A DNA stretch of 63,356 nt, the filler included. It is 12 parts of 12 records of this genome, joined end to end, with 100 filler letters (N's around TTAATTAATTAA, not from the genome) between each part and the next. Parts side by side here need not be neighbours in the genome. Positions count along the whole stretch, not along the records: positions 9,911 to 13,509 come from SRR15195285_5472; positions 13,610 to 27,707 come from SRR15195285_5473; 10 more parts are not named here. One strand, 5' to 3'. The stretch's first letter is position 1. The number at the start of each line of letters is the position of its first letter. The position numbers and the translations under genes are program-made. Shown here one piece after another: positions 11,032 through 21,875 of the stretch. The notes beneath the pieces are model-generated. The model did not search any database and was not told where the DNA came from. It worked only from the letters and a program-made list of their open reading frames with translations.

Positions 11032-12827
11032 CTATTCGTCCTGCACCACATCAAAATCGAATTCCGAAGCGCTCACATCCACCTTTTCCGCAGCCGTACA
11101 GTCAAAGAGGCTGCTGTAGCGTTCAGAGACTAGACAGGTGGACTTTCTGCGGCAGCAGCTCAACCCAACCTGGGGGTCAACGAGCAGCGCGAGAAGCGCA
11201 AGACACAGACTCGCCACACCTCCACCAACTCCGAAGTGCAATATCTCAGCTCTGCCTTGAAAACAGTGCCCACCTCGCCAGTCGAACGTTGACACAGCCG
11301 CGACTGCGGTGTGGTTATTCTGCTGGGAGCTTCCCATAGAACCTGACGCTACCAGCTCCTGCTCTTCATCGCCTTCTTGAAGCAGCAGAAAAATAACAAT
11401 GACGACCGCCAGCAGCACTGAGTTGATCAGTGCCCACAGCAGAGCAAACTGAGGCGACCACGTGTGGCCTATAGACGCTGCATACACGTAGGCGAAGTAA
11501 CCACCCACGGCCATCACAGCCGTAGGCACTGCAATTGCGGCATGCCCGACGCATGACAACATCACAACCCCAGCACACAATACTCCGAGCCGAACCGATT
11601 CTGTCAAAATGGTCAGCAAACCATCTGGTGCACCACACGCAACGCACAAGCAAGCAGCCAAAACATCAGTCAAGCGGCAGCCAGGAATCGCTCACGACTC
11701 AAGACCACGGAGGGCCGGGCGCCACAGTCAGCGCATCTACAGTCTGCTTTATCAGCGAGGAGTGCACAGCAAAACTGCAATCGAGTCGAGCTGTACAGCT
11801 TACATATTGAGAACGCAGCGTCGTAGAATACCTCTGCGGATCGCTGGTTGCGCGATGCAGCCTCCCACGAGAACACGGTCGTACCGGCTGAGAAGAGTGT
11901 CGCGATGACGGCGGCGCTCAAAACAGCGGAGAAGCGTGGGTTGGCAAGATCCAGCCAGGCTTCGTGAACCCCGATGAAGACGAACAGCAGGCAGAGTGGT
12001 ATACTGTTCCCCACAAGGACATAAAAGCTGAGTGAGTTGAAGTTGACTACGAAGGCGTTGCTGTCAATGCCTTCCCGCAGGGTTGTGTACGCGAGCACAA
12101 CCGGTACAAGACCGAACCAGGCTGCAACCACGCCAAGTACCACCCGTAGGTGCACGGTGCACTCCATCATTACTGCCGCGGCCGAGCCCTCTAGTATCTC
12201 CGCGAGCTGAATACCTTGCCAGGTGTGGACCACCAGCGACGACACGAAAGCGGCGAAGAAGTAGTACCGGTGGCCATGCTCCTGCCACGATGCACCGATG
12301 GCGAACGTTGTCACCCAGTTGAGCACTGTTCCGCACCCAAGGAGTGTGAAGGGCATCCATGTCTTCGTAGTCATGCTGGAACGCATAGCGCGACCCTCAT
12401 GCTGCGGCGAGGATATTTCTACCCGGTCAGCGTTCATCGTGTCCTGGCTTCGCGACACCCTTCCAGATAGGCCGAGCAGCTGTTGCAGAGACACCCTACC
12501 TGCGGGCGGCGATGAAACCGGAGAGACTTTGCCATCGGAAGCTCTGCCACTGTTTGCACTACTCTGGCCCTGTTCAGCCTCGAACACCTCCTGGCTCTGA
12601 CTAGTCGGACTAGGCCCACCCTCCTCGGCCTCGAACGCCCTCGGAGTCCGGTCAGCGTCTTCGCTCGTCGTTACCATCTCCACGCACGACGCTGGCGAAG
12701 ACTGAGCCAACTCGAACTCGTCGAAGACCGCGGAGGATCCGGCTGTCCCCTGCAAGCTTCCAGCCGCCGAGCCAGGCGATTCGAGCTGCGCGCTCTCGGT
12801 CTTCGCATCCGGGCCATGCTGGGCCAT
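11032..12827 (-). CDS. Multi-pass membrane protein, divergent XK-related (Xkr)-like; 2 exons (intron 11625..11803)
   Basis: GTAAG donor at 11803 and CAG acceptor at 11625 join ORFs 11670..12923 and 11032..11673 in frame (FSI-Y-GLLTILTESVRLG). About 8-9 hydrophobic segments; the LVGNSIPLCLLFVFIG and ATLFSAG spacing resembles XK 'ESAPQLxLQ...SLxS'. Confidence 0.6.
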
Positions 12828-13270
12828 GACCGTCGATGACTTGAACCGATGAAGCGCTGCGCCACACTCGCACCCGCTATCCTGTTTGACTACGTGCGTG
12901 AAATCCACTCTCCCCCCATCCACCCATCGTGCGTCTCACGCAATTAGAACGCCACAATCCTGCGATTCCTCACCACTGCCTCCCCACCGCCCACCGCCCT
13001 CTCTGCCCCAGCTTACACAAACACCACCCATCAGTGCTTTCGCCCTGCTCGCCCTCGTTGCAGCTCAGGGAAGTGTGCCGTGTACGCAACGAACGGGTGC
13101 GGATGCCCCTATAGTACGATACGGCCAAGCCTTGGGCGCGCGGCGTGCCGGCGGCTCCGTCCATCGAATCCATGGAGCGCATGCGTATTCGAGACGGTGT
13201 TCGATTGTACTGCAGTCCGGTATTGTGTTTTGAATGTGAATCGCGGGAGCATCCCTTATGGCACGCTATG

Positions 13271-13300
13271 TACAATTCGAATACATGTATTCGAATTGTA
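13271..13300. repeat. Perfect 30-bp palindrome TACAATTCGAATACATGTATTCGAATTGTA
   Basis: Equals its own reverse complement. Overlaps a second palindrome, GTAGGATCCTAC (13298..13309). Confidence 0.9.
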
Positions 13301-13509
13301 GGATCCTACCGATGTAATCTCCTACTGTAACCGGCCGCGCGCGGTCACGTTCTACAGAGTTCCGTGCACGCGTGCGCCAGTGCAGCCACATCGCACGCCC
13401 CCGCGGGGATCCGATAGATCACGGGGAGACTCAGTCACATGCTCAGTCACAGCTCAGACAGCAGTGGGTGTCGACTGGTCAGTCAGATCGGCATTTCAAT
13501 TTTCCCCAG

Positions 13510-13609
13510 NNNNNNNNNNNNNNNNNNNNNNNNNNNNNNNNNNNNNNNNNNNNTTAATTAATTAANNNNNNNNNNNNNNNNNNNNNNNNNNNNNNNNNNN
13601 NNNNNNNNN
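13510..13609. other. Artificial contig spacer
   Basis: N44-TTAATTAATTAA-N44. Confidence 0.99.
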
Positions 13610-13737
13610 TAATATCAAGTTGTACACGGGACTTCATGGTGCATTTGCTGACTCTATAGGCTCTATATAGCATAGGGTGCGCGCGCGCGCGCTCGCTGCA
13701 TCGCATGCATATATGAGCGCCGCGCGCCCCGGGCGCG

Positions 13738-16642
13738 ATGGCGCTGCCACATTATCTGCTCGCGCTGCTGCTGTACTGCTGCCGTCTGCCCGTGCCCACC
13801 GCCGCTGGTACTGCGGCGAAGGCCATACTAGACCCGGCGTTGCCATCGGGTCATCGGTTCGATGGCGTAGGCGGTGTCAGCGGCGGTGGTGGAGGCACTC
13901 GACTGCTGCTGGACTACGACGAGCCAGCTCGAGGGGAGATCCTCGACTATCTCTTCAAGCCGGGCTATGGCGCGTCACTGCAGGTCCTTAAGGTGGAAGT
14001 TGGCTGCGACGGGGACACCACGCAGGGCGCGGAGCAGACGCACATGCGCACTCCCGACGATGAGAGTCCGACCAGGTTCGATCGCGGATATGAGAACTGG
14101 CTGATGGTCCGCAGCTTCCTCTCGCTCGCGCCACCTGCATACCTCGTGGCCATCGCTGCCTCTAGAAATTGTGACCAAAGCTCCAATCCCACAATCCGAG
14201 TTCCAGGCCTTGGGCCCCCGTTTCTGACCCTTTTTCGTGGCGCAGGGTGAAGCCAAGAAACGCAACCCGAACATCCACCTCTCTGGATTGGAATGGGGAG
14301 TGCCAGGGTGGGTCTCCGTCGGCAAGCCGGTTCAGCTGGCATCTCAGTCGGCTGATGCAGACGCTGCCACGGACGCTCTGGGCGGGCTGCTCTCGATGGA
14401 CGAATGTAGCCCCGATGAGAAGGTGCAACAGTGGACCTTTGACTCCGGTGCCCCGGGTCAGCTGTGTAATGCCCTCAACCAGTGCTTCAACGTCCCTCAC
14501 TGCGATACGAAGTTGGAGCTGTTGGCGTGGGGACCATCCGCTCCTGGCTCCTCCTGTGTTGCAGACTGCGGCTGCGAAAAGATTGCAGGACAATCCTGTG
14601 GAATCGGCCCCGGAAAGTTGGACTGCTACAAGAACGCTCAGTTCAACAAGACGACCCCTGCAGCTGGCTTCGTCATGCTGCAGAATGCGATCTCTGGCAT
14701 GTTTGTGCAGGAGGATCCAAAGCGGGAGACGCTGACGCTGACAACGGAAGGCTTTCGCCAACATGCACTCTGGTCACTGGACGGCAAACTGCTCAAGAAC
14801 AAGAACAGTGGCCGATGCATTGGTCGGTGGCAGAATGCACCGCCTCCGCCGCCTGGCCCACCCCCGCACGGTCACGAATCAACCACTGCGACCGAAGAGA
14901 ATATCGCATATCTGGTCAACTGGATGACAGGCCTTAAGAAGTACAAGAATCTAACGATGGATTCGATTGGAGTTGGGTACAACGAGGGTGGCTTCTCCGT
15001 CCCGTGGATGAAGGCGGCAAAGAAAGCGTTTGCGCGCGCGGGGCTCGGCCATGTGCTAACGATCGGCACTGACGACTGCTGCGGTGGCGAATATCGAGTC
15101 GTGCCACAAATGGCGGCTGACCCAGAGCTCAACGCATCGATTGATATCCTCGGGGCCCACTGCACAGGTTCGCAGAACGGCCAGAAGAATCCGACACCAG
15201 ACGTCCTGGCGCTAAATAAACCGCTGTGGAACACCGAACAGCACTTCGGGTTGCCAGATCCAAGCCCTGCGCTGTGCTGGGAGTGGCCCACTATGCTTGC
15301 TCTCGCACAAACACTGAACCAGCAGTATGTGGTGGCGAATCAGACTTCCGTTCAGATGTGGACTCCCATTTATTCGTGGTACGAGTGGTTACCCTATAAG
15401 GGCAAGGGGCTGATGGTCGCTAATCGGCCTTGGGATAATACATACAATGTCACTGACACGATTTGGGCCGCTGCTCACACAACGCAATTTACGGAGCGTG
15501 GCTGGTACTATCTGGGTGGCTCTGCTTCAGCTCTGTTGCCTGACGCCGTCTCGAGTTTGGGCAAGACGGGTGGGAGCTACGTAACTCTGGTATCGCCAGG
15601 CTGCAAGACCGACGGTACTGGTGGTGGCTGTGAGATGAGCATTGTCATTGAGACCGTCGGAGCATCGGGGTCGACTCCGATTGAGTTCACGCTCGTCTCC
15701 TCGCTCGCGAAACTGTCCAAGCTCTCGTGTTGGACCACCAGTCGTGGTGCCGTTTTCGTCAAGGCACCCGACGTACCAGTGACCTCTGGAAACGTCAAGG
15801 TCACAGTCCCACCAGATTCGATCTGGACTCTATCGACGATGACTGGGGCTACGAAGGGTGGAGGTGGTGGCATTGGAAAAGATCAGCCACAAAAGAACTT
15901 TCCGTTGCCTTATGCAGAGGACTTTGAGACCTATGGACTGGACACGCTTCCAAAGTATTTTTCAGACATGCACGGAGCATTCGCTGTCGCTGACGATGGG
16001 GCTGGCAAGGTGATGCGGCAGCAAGCAAGCACGATCAAGCCGCTCTCCACACACGGACGCAGCGCGGACGGCTATTCCGTCGCGATCGGTGACGCGCACT
16101 GGGAGGCTTACCAGGTGTCGGTCCAAGTGATGCTAGAACCAAACCAAAATGCTAGCGCGGAGGAGACGTTCTTTTTCGTAGGCAGCCACGCCACCAGGGG
16201 CAACGTCGGTGGAGGTGGGTCGGGCAAGGGCATGAATCCTGAGGTTACGTACTCAGGCTCGTTCTTGCCAAAAGGTGGCGGAGCGCTGCTGCGTGTCGGT
16301 GTTGACGGTGCATGGAGCATCCTCACCTCATGCTACGCACAGAGCAAACAGCAGTGTGATAGCACTCCAGCCTCCGTCGCAAACGGCACTGGGCTACCGG
16401 TCGCTCCGAACAAGTGGGTGGCAGTGAGCCTCGCGCTCGTGCCCGGAGCGACAGGTCTCAAGATTGTCGCAAGTGTTGCGGGCAAGACACTGATGGACGA
16501 GACGGTGGCGTGCCACGAGTGCCACTATGGCGGTCCTGCCTACCTCGGCACAGGGTTCCACCACGCGTCGTTCGACAACTTCTCCGTGACGCCAAGCAAG
16601 ACCGATGACGACGAGTCTCCGAGTTTCCGTGCATTCGTGTAG
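13738..16642 (+). CDS. GALC: Secreted GH59 galactosylceramidase-like enzyme with an inserted ricin-B-like lectin domain; 2 exons (intron 14107..14245)
   Basis: Signal peptide; FDGVGGVSGGGGGTRLL, YGASLQVLKVEVG; spliced RGYENWLM|GEAKKRNPNIHLSGLEWGVPGW matches GALC RGYEWWLMKEAKKRNP; acid/base YNE, nucleophile LWNTE; KGLMVANRPW, WAAAHTTQFT; C-terminal lectin-like domain. Confidence 0.93.
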
Positions 16643-17290
16643 CTGGGCATTCGATTTGCGAGTAGCACTGTTGTCGCGAGAAAGGCGTTGATGAACTTTT
16701 TACTGGCATCGTTCCTGTCCTTTATCAAACTACTTTCGCTACGCATTGCATGAGAACCCCCGAGGCCGGTCGTACACGCGTGGCTCCTCACCGTCGACGA
16801 CTAATGCGACGGTGGCCGCCACCAGAGAGCCATCAAAAATCGAGAAAACACACTGGGCCCGGCCGCGAGGGCCCCGTGCACGCGAGCTCTCTAGGAGTAA
16901 CTACACGTGCTGCAGTAGCTAGTGCATGTACCTACCTGGTACGTGTACCGGTGACTATCCCTTGCCAGTTGCCATCTTCATAATGGTAAGCCACGCCAGG
17001 AAGCATCAGGCGCGCGCAACCGCGGGTCGGTCGTCGGGCTGCCGCGTCGGTGGCGGCACGTATACTGCACACGCTATGCACAGTGACTGGTGTGACCCGA
17101 TCCCGCCGGAAACGTACGATTTCACACGTCCCTACCTCAAGTTTAGGGTTCGGCCCGTTTGGAGCGTGTGCTCGCTATTCACGCTGGTACTCGCGTCAAA
17201 GAGCTTAGCGCTCGCATCTAGACCTGTTTTGGGCGCTACGTGGAGGGGGCGCTGGCTTTGGCGTAGTCACAAAATGGACCAAGCTGGCTT

Positions 17291-18930
17291 TTATAGTGGC
17301 GTCCATTTCGGCGCCCAGTGATTACAATCCATAGAAATAACCCCTTTCGTCCACTTTCGCTCAAACACGCCAGAGTCGGGAGCGGTCTCGTGGCAGATCT
17401 CATCGGAAGGCTCACCATAATCAGCGTCTAGCCATTGTTCATTCCACCCGTACGCATGTGGTCGGCTAACCGAACTGCAGCCAGACCAACCAGTTGACAG
17501 ATAGGCGTAATCACCTCTCAGCAGCAAAAAATTCGCGACGTGTGGTCCGATGTCAGTCAAATTAGACGTATAGTTGTACGGCCCCTCTTTGACGCCGCAG
17601 CCACGTATTCCATAGTGCATCGCACGAGTATGTACCGGCCCTGTGGCGTTGCAGTGCTTGCGAAGATCGGCTGCGCAGGAGCCTGGATGCACCCACGGCG
17701 CAGGACAGTTGCCGCAAGCGGGGCAGTTGGGATCACTACATCAACACGTGAGCAACCATCAGTCAGCGAGACCACAATCCTCATTCTGGGCAACACGATT
17801 GCACCCGAGCGAGCAGACTGCACCCATCCTCTGCATAATTGGTCGCAGCTGGCGACTCACTTGTTCAAAAATTGGTTCCAGTTGAACTTTCCTCGCGCAA
17901 GCATCGCCGAGTATACCTTGTTGGCAACCCATCTGAATGCATCAATTTCATCGTCCACCTCTGTGGCCGTGAGTCCAGTGTCAGCTTGCCAGTTCTTGTC
18001 GCACTCGCTCGGCCCGTGCGCGTTCGAAGCAGCGTCGGCAGCCCACCCATCGTCGATATAGTATCCAACAATGTTGTCGCTGCCCGCCCCGCTCTTCCCT
18101 AGCATGTACTCGTTGACGAACCAATCTACCATCGTCACACCTTTGACCGAGACGTTCGCGCTCCTAAAGTCAAACAGGTACTCGCCAACAGGCACCGATC
18201 CCACATCGCATCGATTCCCACCGCAGTCGCCACTCTTGCCATGGCCTTCTTTACCATCGCCTGGCGTCAACAGCTGGTCGTGATACAGGTGACTGCACAA
18301 CGGCTGAGTGTAGCTATCGTCACAGACTGGGACATGACTCAAGGAATGGTTCGCTTGGACTGCATCGCTGAAGTTCAAAAACCAGCTATCGTAGGCTCCA
18401 TCAGGATCCGAGAGCTTCTCACGCACCACCGTCAGCCACGGGAGAGCTTTCACGAAGTTTCGGTACACCATGTACTTGCTTGTGGATTCTGGGTAGGTGT
18501 CAACCATCATTTCAACTTGTTTGGTCATGCGCTCGCCGCAGTCCATCGGCGAAGCCTTCGACCAGCCGACAGGAACGGAATCGCCGCGCGCGTTCTCCCA
18601 GTCGAAGTCTACCAGACCCCATTTTCGGATTGAGCTAGGATCCTGGAACCCGCTGAAGTTACACACTTGCAGCGATGTCGACTCGCTCATATTATACGTC
18701 GGCTTCCACCGCGGCTTTGGGTTGCAGGGACCAGACCCAGGGCGGCAAGCGAACCAGTCCGCAGGGTTCACTGGATTGCTTCCTTCATCGTCCGACTTCA
18801 AGAGCGCGCCGGTGGTTGTTCTCAGCGGCAAAACGGCGAGCTGCACGTCGGTGGTTGATGGTGCATCCGCAGCAATAGAAGCAAATAATGGAGCCACAAA
18901 CCAAGCAGAAAGGAGCGGTACGATAGGCAT
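17291..18930 (-). CDS. Secreted putative glycoside hydrolase (GHL15/GH168-like); 2 exons (intron 17736..17860)
   Basis: Signal peptide. GTGAGT donor and TAG acceptor join FLN-N-DPNCPACG in frame with the ORF 17291..17692 reading frame. YYIDD putative catalytic strand; C-terminus VANFLLLRGDYAY...LDADYGEP...GVFERKWTKGVISMDC resembles the GHL15/GH168 tail. Confidence 0.65.
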
Positions 18931-19369
18931 GTCGTGGGTCGGTCAGTCCAGTGCAGTGCAGTACTCGTGCGCTACTCGTCGGTCGCCAGGGCAGTACTAG
19001 CACGATCGATTTTTTTCTAAATAATTGGGCAAGCGCGTGTCGCGCGCGTGCAGCCGTGCACGCGCGCGCACGCGCAGCCGCCGCGGGGCCGCCGTCGCGC
19101 GATCGCGCGCGGCCATGAATGCAAAATGAGGCAGTGCCCAGATCGGTATGGCCGGGTTCGAACAGGGCATGGAACAGCGGTTTCGACGCATGATCGTTGC
19201 ATATTCGCATGATTTCACAAGGTTTTCCAATGTCCAGGTCCCGAAGAACCCATCGGCAATAGCTCAAGGGGAGGCGCTCGAAATATATGGTAGGTAGGTA
19301 CTATACTTGCGAGCGGCACGCCTCACCGCAGTTTGAACGCAACACTGCCACAATCCGACCACCCTCTGG

Positions 19370-20908
19370 CTACATCTCCCAAGCCTCGTCCTCGATATCG
19401 CAATTTGCACCAACATAGCCGTCGCCGCATTCGCATGTGTACTCGCCTTGCCCTAAGTGGTAGACCGCACTGCGTAGACCATAGCGCCTATTAGCGCCAT
19501 CTGACAGCGAATCAAAGCAATGGCCACCGTTGAGGCACGGTGCCGATGCACATTCATCCACGTCGAGGTCGCACAGGTTGCCCTCCCACCCATCTGTGCA
19601 CGCACAGCGAAATCCTGGGGCTTCGACGCCTGGCCGATGGACACTGGTGCACGTCGCACTGTTGTGACACGGGTTGTTGGCGCAGGTGACGATATTGTCA
19701 ACGCTAACTGCCGGCTGTGGAGGCGGCGGCTGTGAGTCGGATCTGGTCGGTACCGTGGTGGAACTCGCTCGGCTCGCTGCTCGGAGCTCGAGTTTCCCCG
19801 CCACCGACACCACTCTCAAACTACGTGCTGCCTGCCTCTGATCAGGAGGAAGCTGCTGCATCTTCACGACGCGGACGTCGAGGGGAGCTGCGTGCCGGGA
19901 AAACTTTTCAAGCATGTCTCGGGCGATAGAGGGGGGAGGGCTAGAGGCGAGCAGCGCTGCTTGAACGGCTGGCGTCAGAGTGATATCTTCGACAGCGAAG
20001 CCGAGCTTCCGCATCTTGTCGAAAAATGCTGCACCATCCGAACACGTCACGGTGCCGTCTATACCATCCAAGCAGCGTTCGTACCCTTCGCCATATGGAT
20101 CGCCGACTGCAGGAGTTGCAAACAACACCACAGTCGATGGATCGCTCAGGCTTTCAACAGTGCCGGCCAGCAGATCGTGGTCACTAGCTCGGTAGAGCAG
20201 GTCAGACCCAAGCACCAGTCGAAACGGCGGCTGCAAGTCTTTGATTGTCTTGGCGTCACCCCACTGCAGCCGTTTCACCCGCACGTTCCACAGCGAACTC
20301 CGGGCATCTACATGCCCATCATCCAGCAGCTGGTCCAGGTTTGCCTTCGCCATGAAAGCAACTTGATCTGTCAGATACGTCTCCCGGGCTGCAAGAGTCC
20401 CGGCTGCGAGGCCGGCCATCGCACACCCCGACCCCAGCTCGACCACCCGGTTATCATGGACCAGCTCGGACATGTTCATCAGGACTCGCGCAAGCACCTG
20501 CCCGGACGGAGCTATACTCTTGCCAGTCCAGTGGCTCTCCTTTTTCGACGCGCCTGCCCACGCGATTGCGTCAGCTGCCTTCTTGATCTCGAGGCTCGCC
20601 TCTGCGGCCTCACTCTCAGTGATGATCTTCAGCTCAATTCCGTTCGGCATGATGAGGGAAGGCAGCCCATGCTCCACGCTGTGCAGCGCCACCGTGTATG
20701 AAAGTGCTGGCAGCAGAACCGCAACGGCCACGATCAGGCGCCCCGCTGCAGATACCACCCGAGAAGCCAACTGCGCCTCCTCCACGTGCCGCCCCACGTG
20801 CTGCTGCTGCTCCCTGCGCCGCTTCATCTCGCGCTCGAACGCCGCAACGTACTCCGGGTTGGCCGCCTGCCCGGTTCTCAACATCGGCGCTCCAGCGCCC
20901 GTGGTCAT
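19370..20908 (-). CDS. Membrane-anchored METTL21/Methyltransf_16-like SAM methyltransferase fused to two EGF-like repeats
   Basis: TM segment [18 protein letters not shown]; MTase motifs [44 protein letters not shown] repeats [12 protein letters not shown]...[12 protein letters not shown] and [16 protein letters not shown]...[12 protein letters not shown]. One uninterrupted ORF. Confidence 0.85.
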   Translation of the reverse strand: MTTGAGAPMLRTGQAANPEYVAAFEREMKRRREQQQHVGRHVEEAQLASRVVSAAGRLIVAVAVLLPALSYTVALHSVEHGLPSLIMPNGIELKIITESEAAEASLEIKKAADAIAWAGASKKESHWTGKSIAPSGQVLARVLMNMSELVHDNRVVELGSGCAMAGLAAGTLAARETYLTDQVAFMAKANLDQLLDDGHVDARSSLWNVRVKRLQWGDAKTIKDLQPPFRLVLGSDLLYRASDHDLLAGTVESLSDPSTVVLFATPAVGDPYGEGYERCLDGIDGTVTCSDGAAFFDKMRKLGFAVEDITLTPAVQAALLASSPPPSIARDMLEKFSRHAAPLDVRVVKMQQLPPDQRQAARSLRVVSVAGKLELRAASRASSTTVPTRSDSQPPPPQPAVSVDNIVTCANNPCHNSATCTSVHRPGVEAPGFRCACTDGWEGNLCDLDVDECASAPCLNGGHCFDSLSDGANRRYGLRSAVYHLGQGEYTCECGDGYVGANCDIEDEAWEM

Positions 20909-21875
20909 CGCCCCCGCAGTCCTGGAGCGGAGGTCTGTACGTCTCGCTTACCCGTGACGCTGGTGTTCCCCACTGCGCACTGGGTGGGTCTCGGGACAGC
21001 GACGGACCGAGTACAGCTGTACCTGCCTGATGGTTGGCATACAGTTCGGCGCGCGATTCCCCGCAGGGCGCGCGCGCGCGGGCTCGAGAGGGGCGTGCTG
21101 GTGCCTGGCATGTGGCAAATGCTGTTCATAAACACCACAATTGCCTCCGGCCGGTGCGGTGTGACGCGTGGCACTTGGCTTCCCGACTGGCTTCCTATGT
21201 TGTTTTCGAGGGATCTACGATCTTCGGGTTTTCGGGCGTCGCGATCAAGTGCGGATGAGAGACGAAAGGATCCTACTAGTATGCTGTATACATACCGCAA
21301 TTGGGACAGCCGACTGCATGAGCCGAGGTTCGAAAAGCAAGGCAATATCGACAATCATTCGAATAGTATAGTACGCTTTTGCCTTGTCCGTTTTCGTGAT
21401 GCATGTCATGAAAATCATCGAACACGCAAAATGTGTGGGAAAACACACTACAGTGTACACAGGAATTCCCAATTCCAAATTGTGTGCCGAGACGCGACCT
21501 CCGTCGGCGGCGGCGCGCGAGGACCTCCGCCAGCGCGAGGCGCCCGCGCACGGCCGCGCACGTGGGAGCCAGTGGGGCTCTCGAGCACACGAGCGTTCGC
21601 ACAAGCGGCCCTGCACGCCATCAGCCGAGAGTGACCAACAGCAGCGTTCCACAGGGAAGGGTGGTCTGTCAAGCAGAGCGAAACCTCACTGCACGGAGGC
21701 GACGCGAGCTACTGGACGCGGGAGCAGTGGCAGCACACGTGCCGCTGCTATAGCCCGCCGGTGAACAGCCGCCTGCGAGAGGCACGGCAGCGCGAGGCCA
21801 GGCGTCGTGTTGGCTTGCACGCGCTGTGCTAGGTCTCGATAGGGTCGATCTTGCCGCAGAGCGCAGTCGCTTCTG

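Noticed and set aside
20786-21764. Several ORFs between the methyltransferase and helicase genes
   Set aside because: They lie in a divergent promoter region with CG tracts and a TA-rich patch, and the translations are not protein-like.
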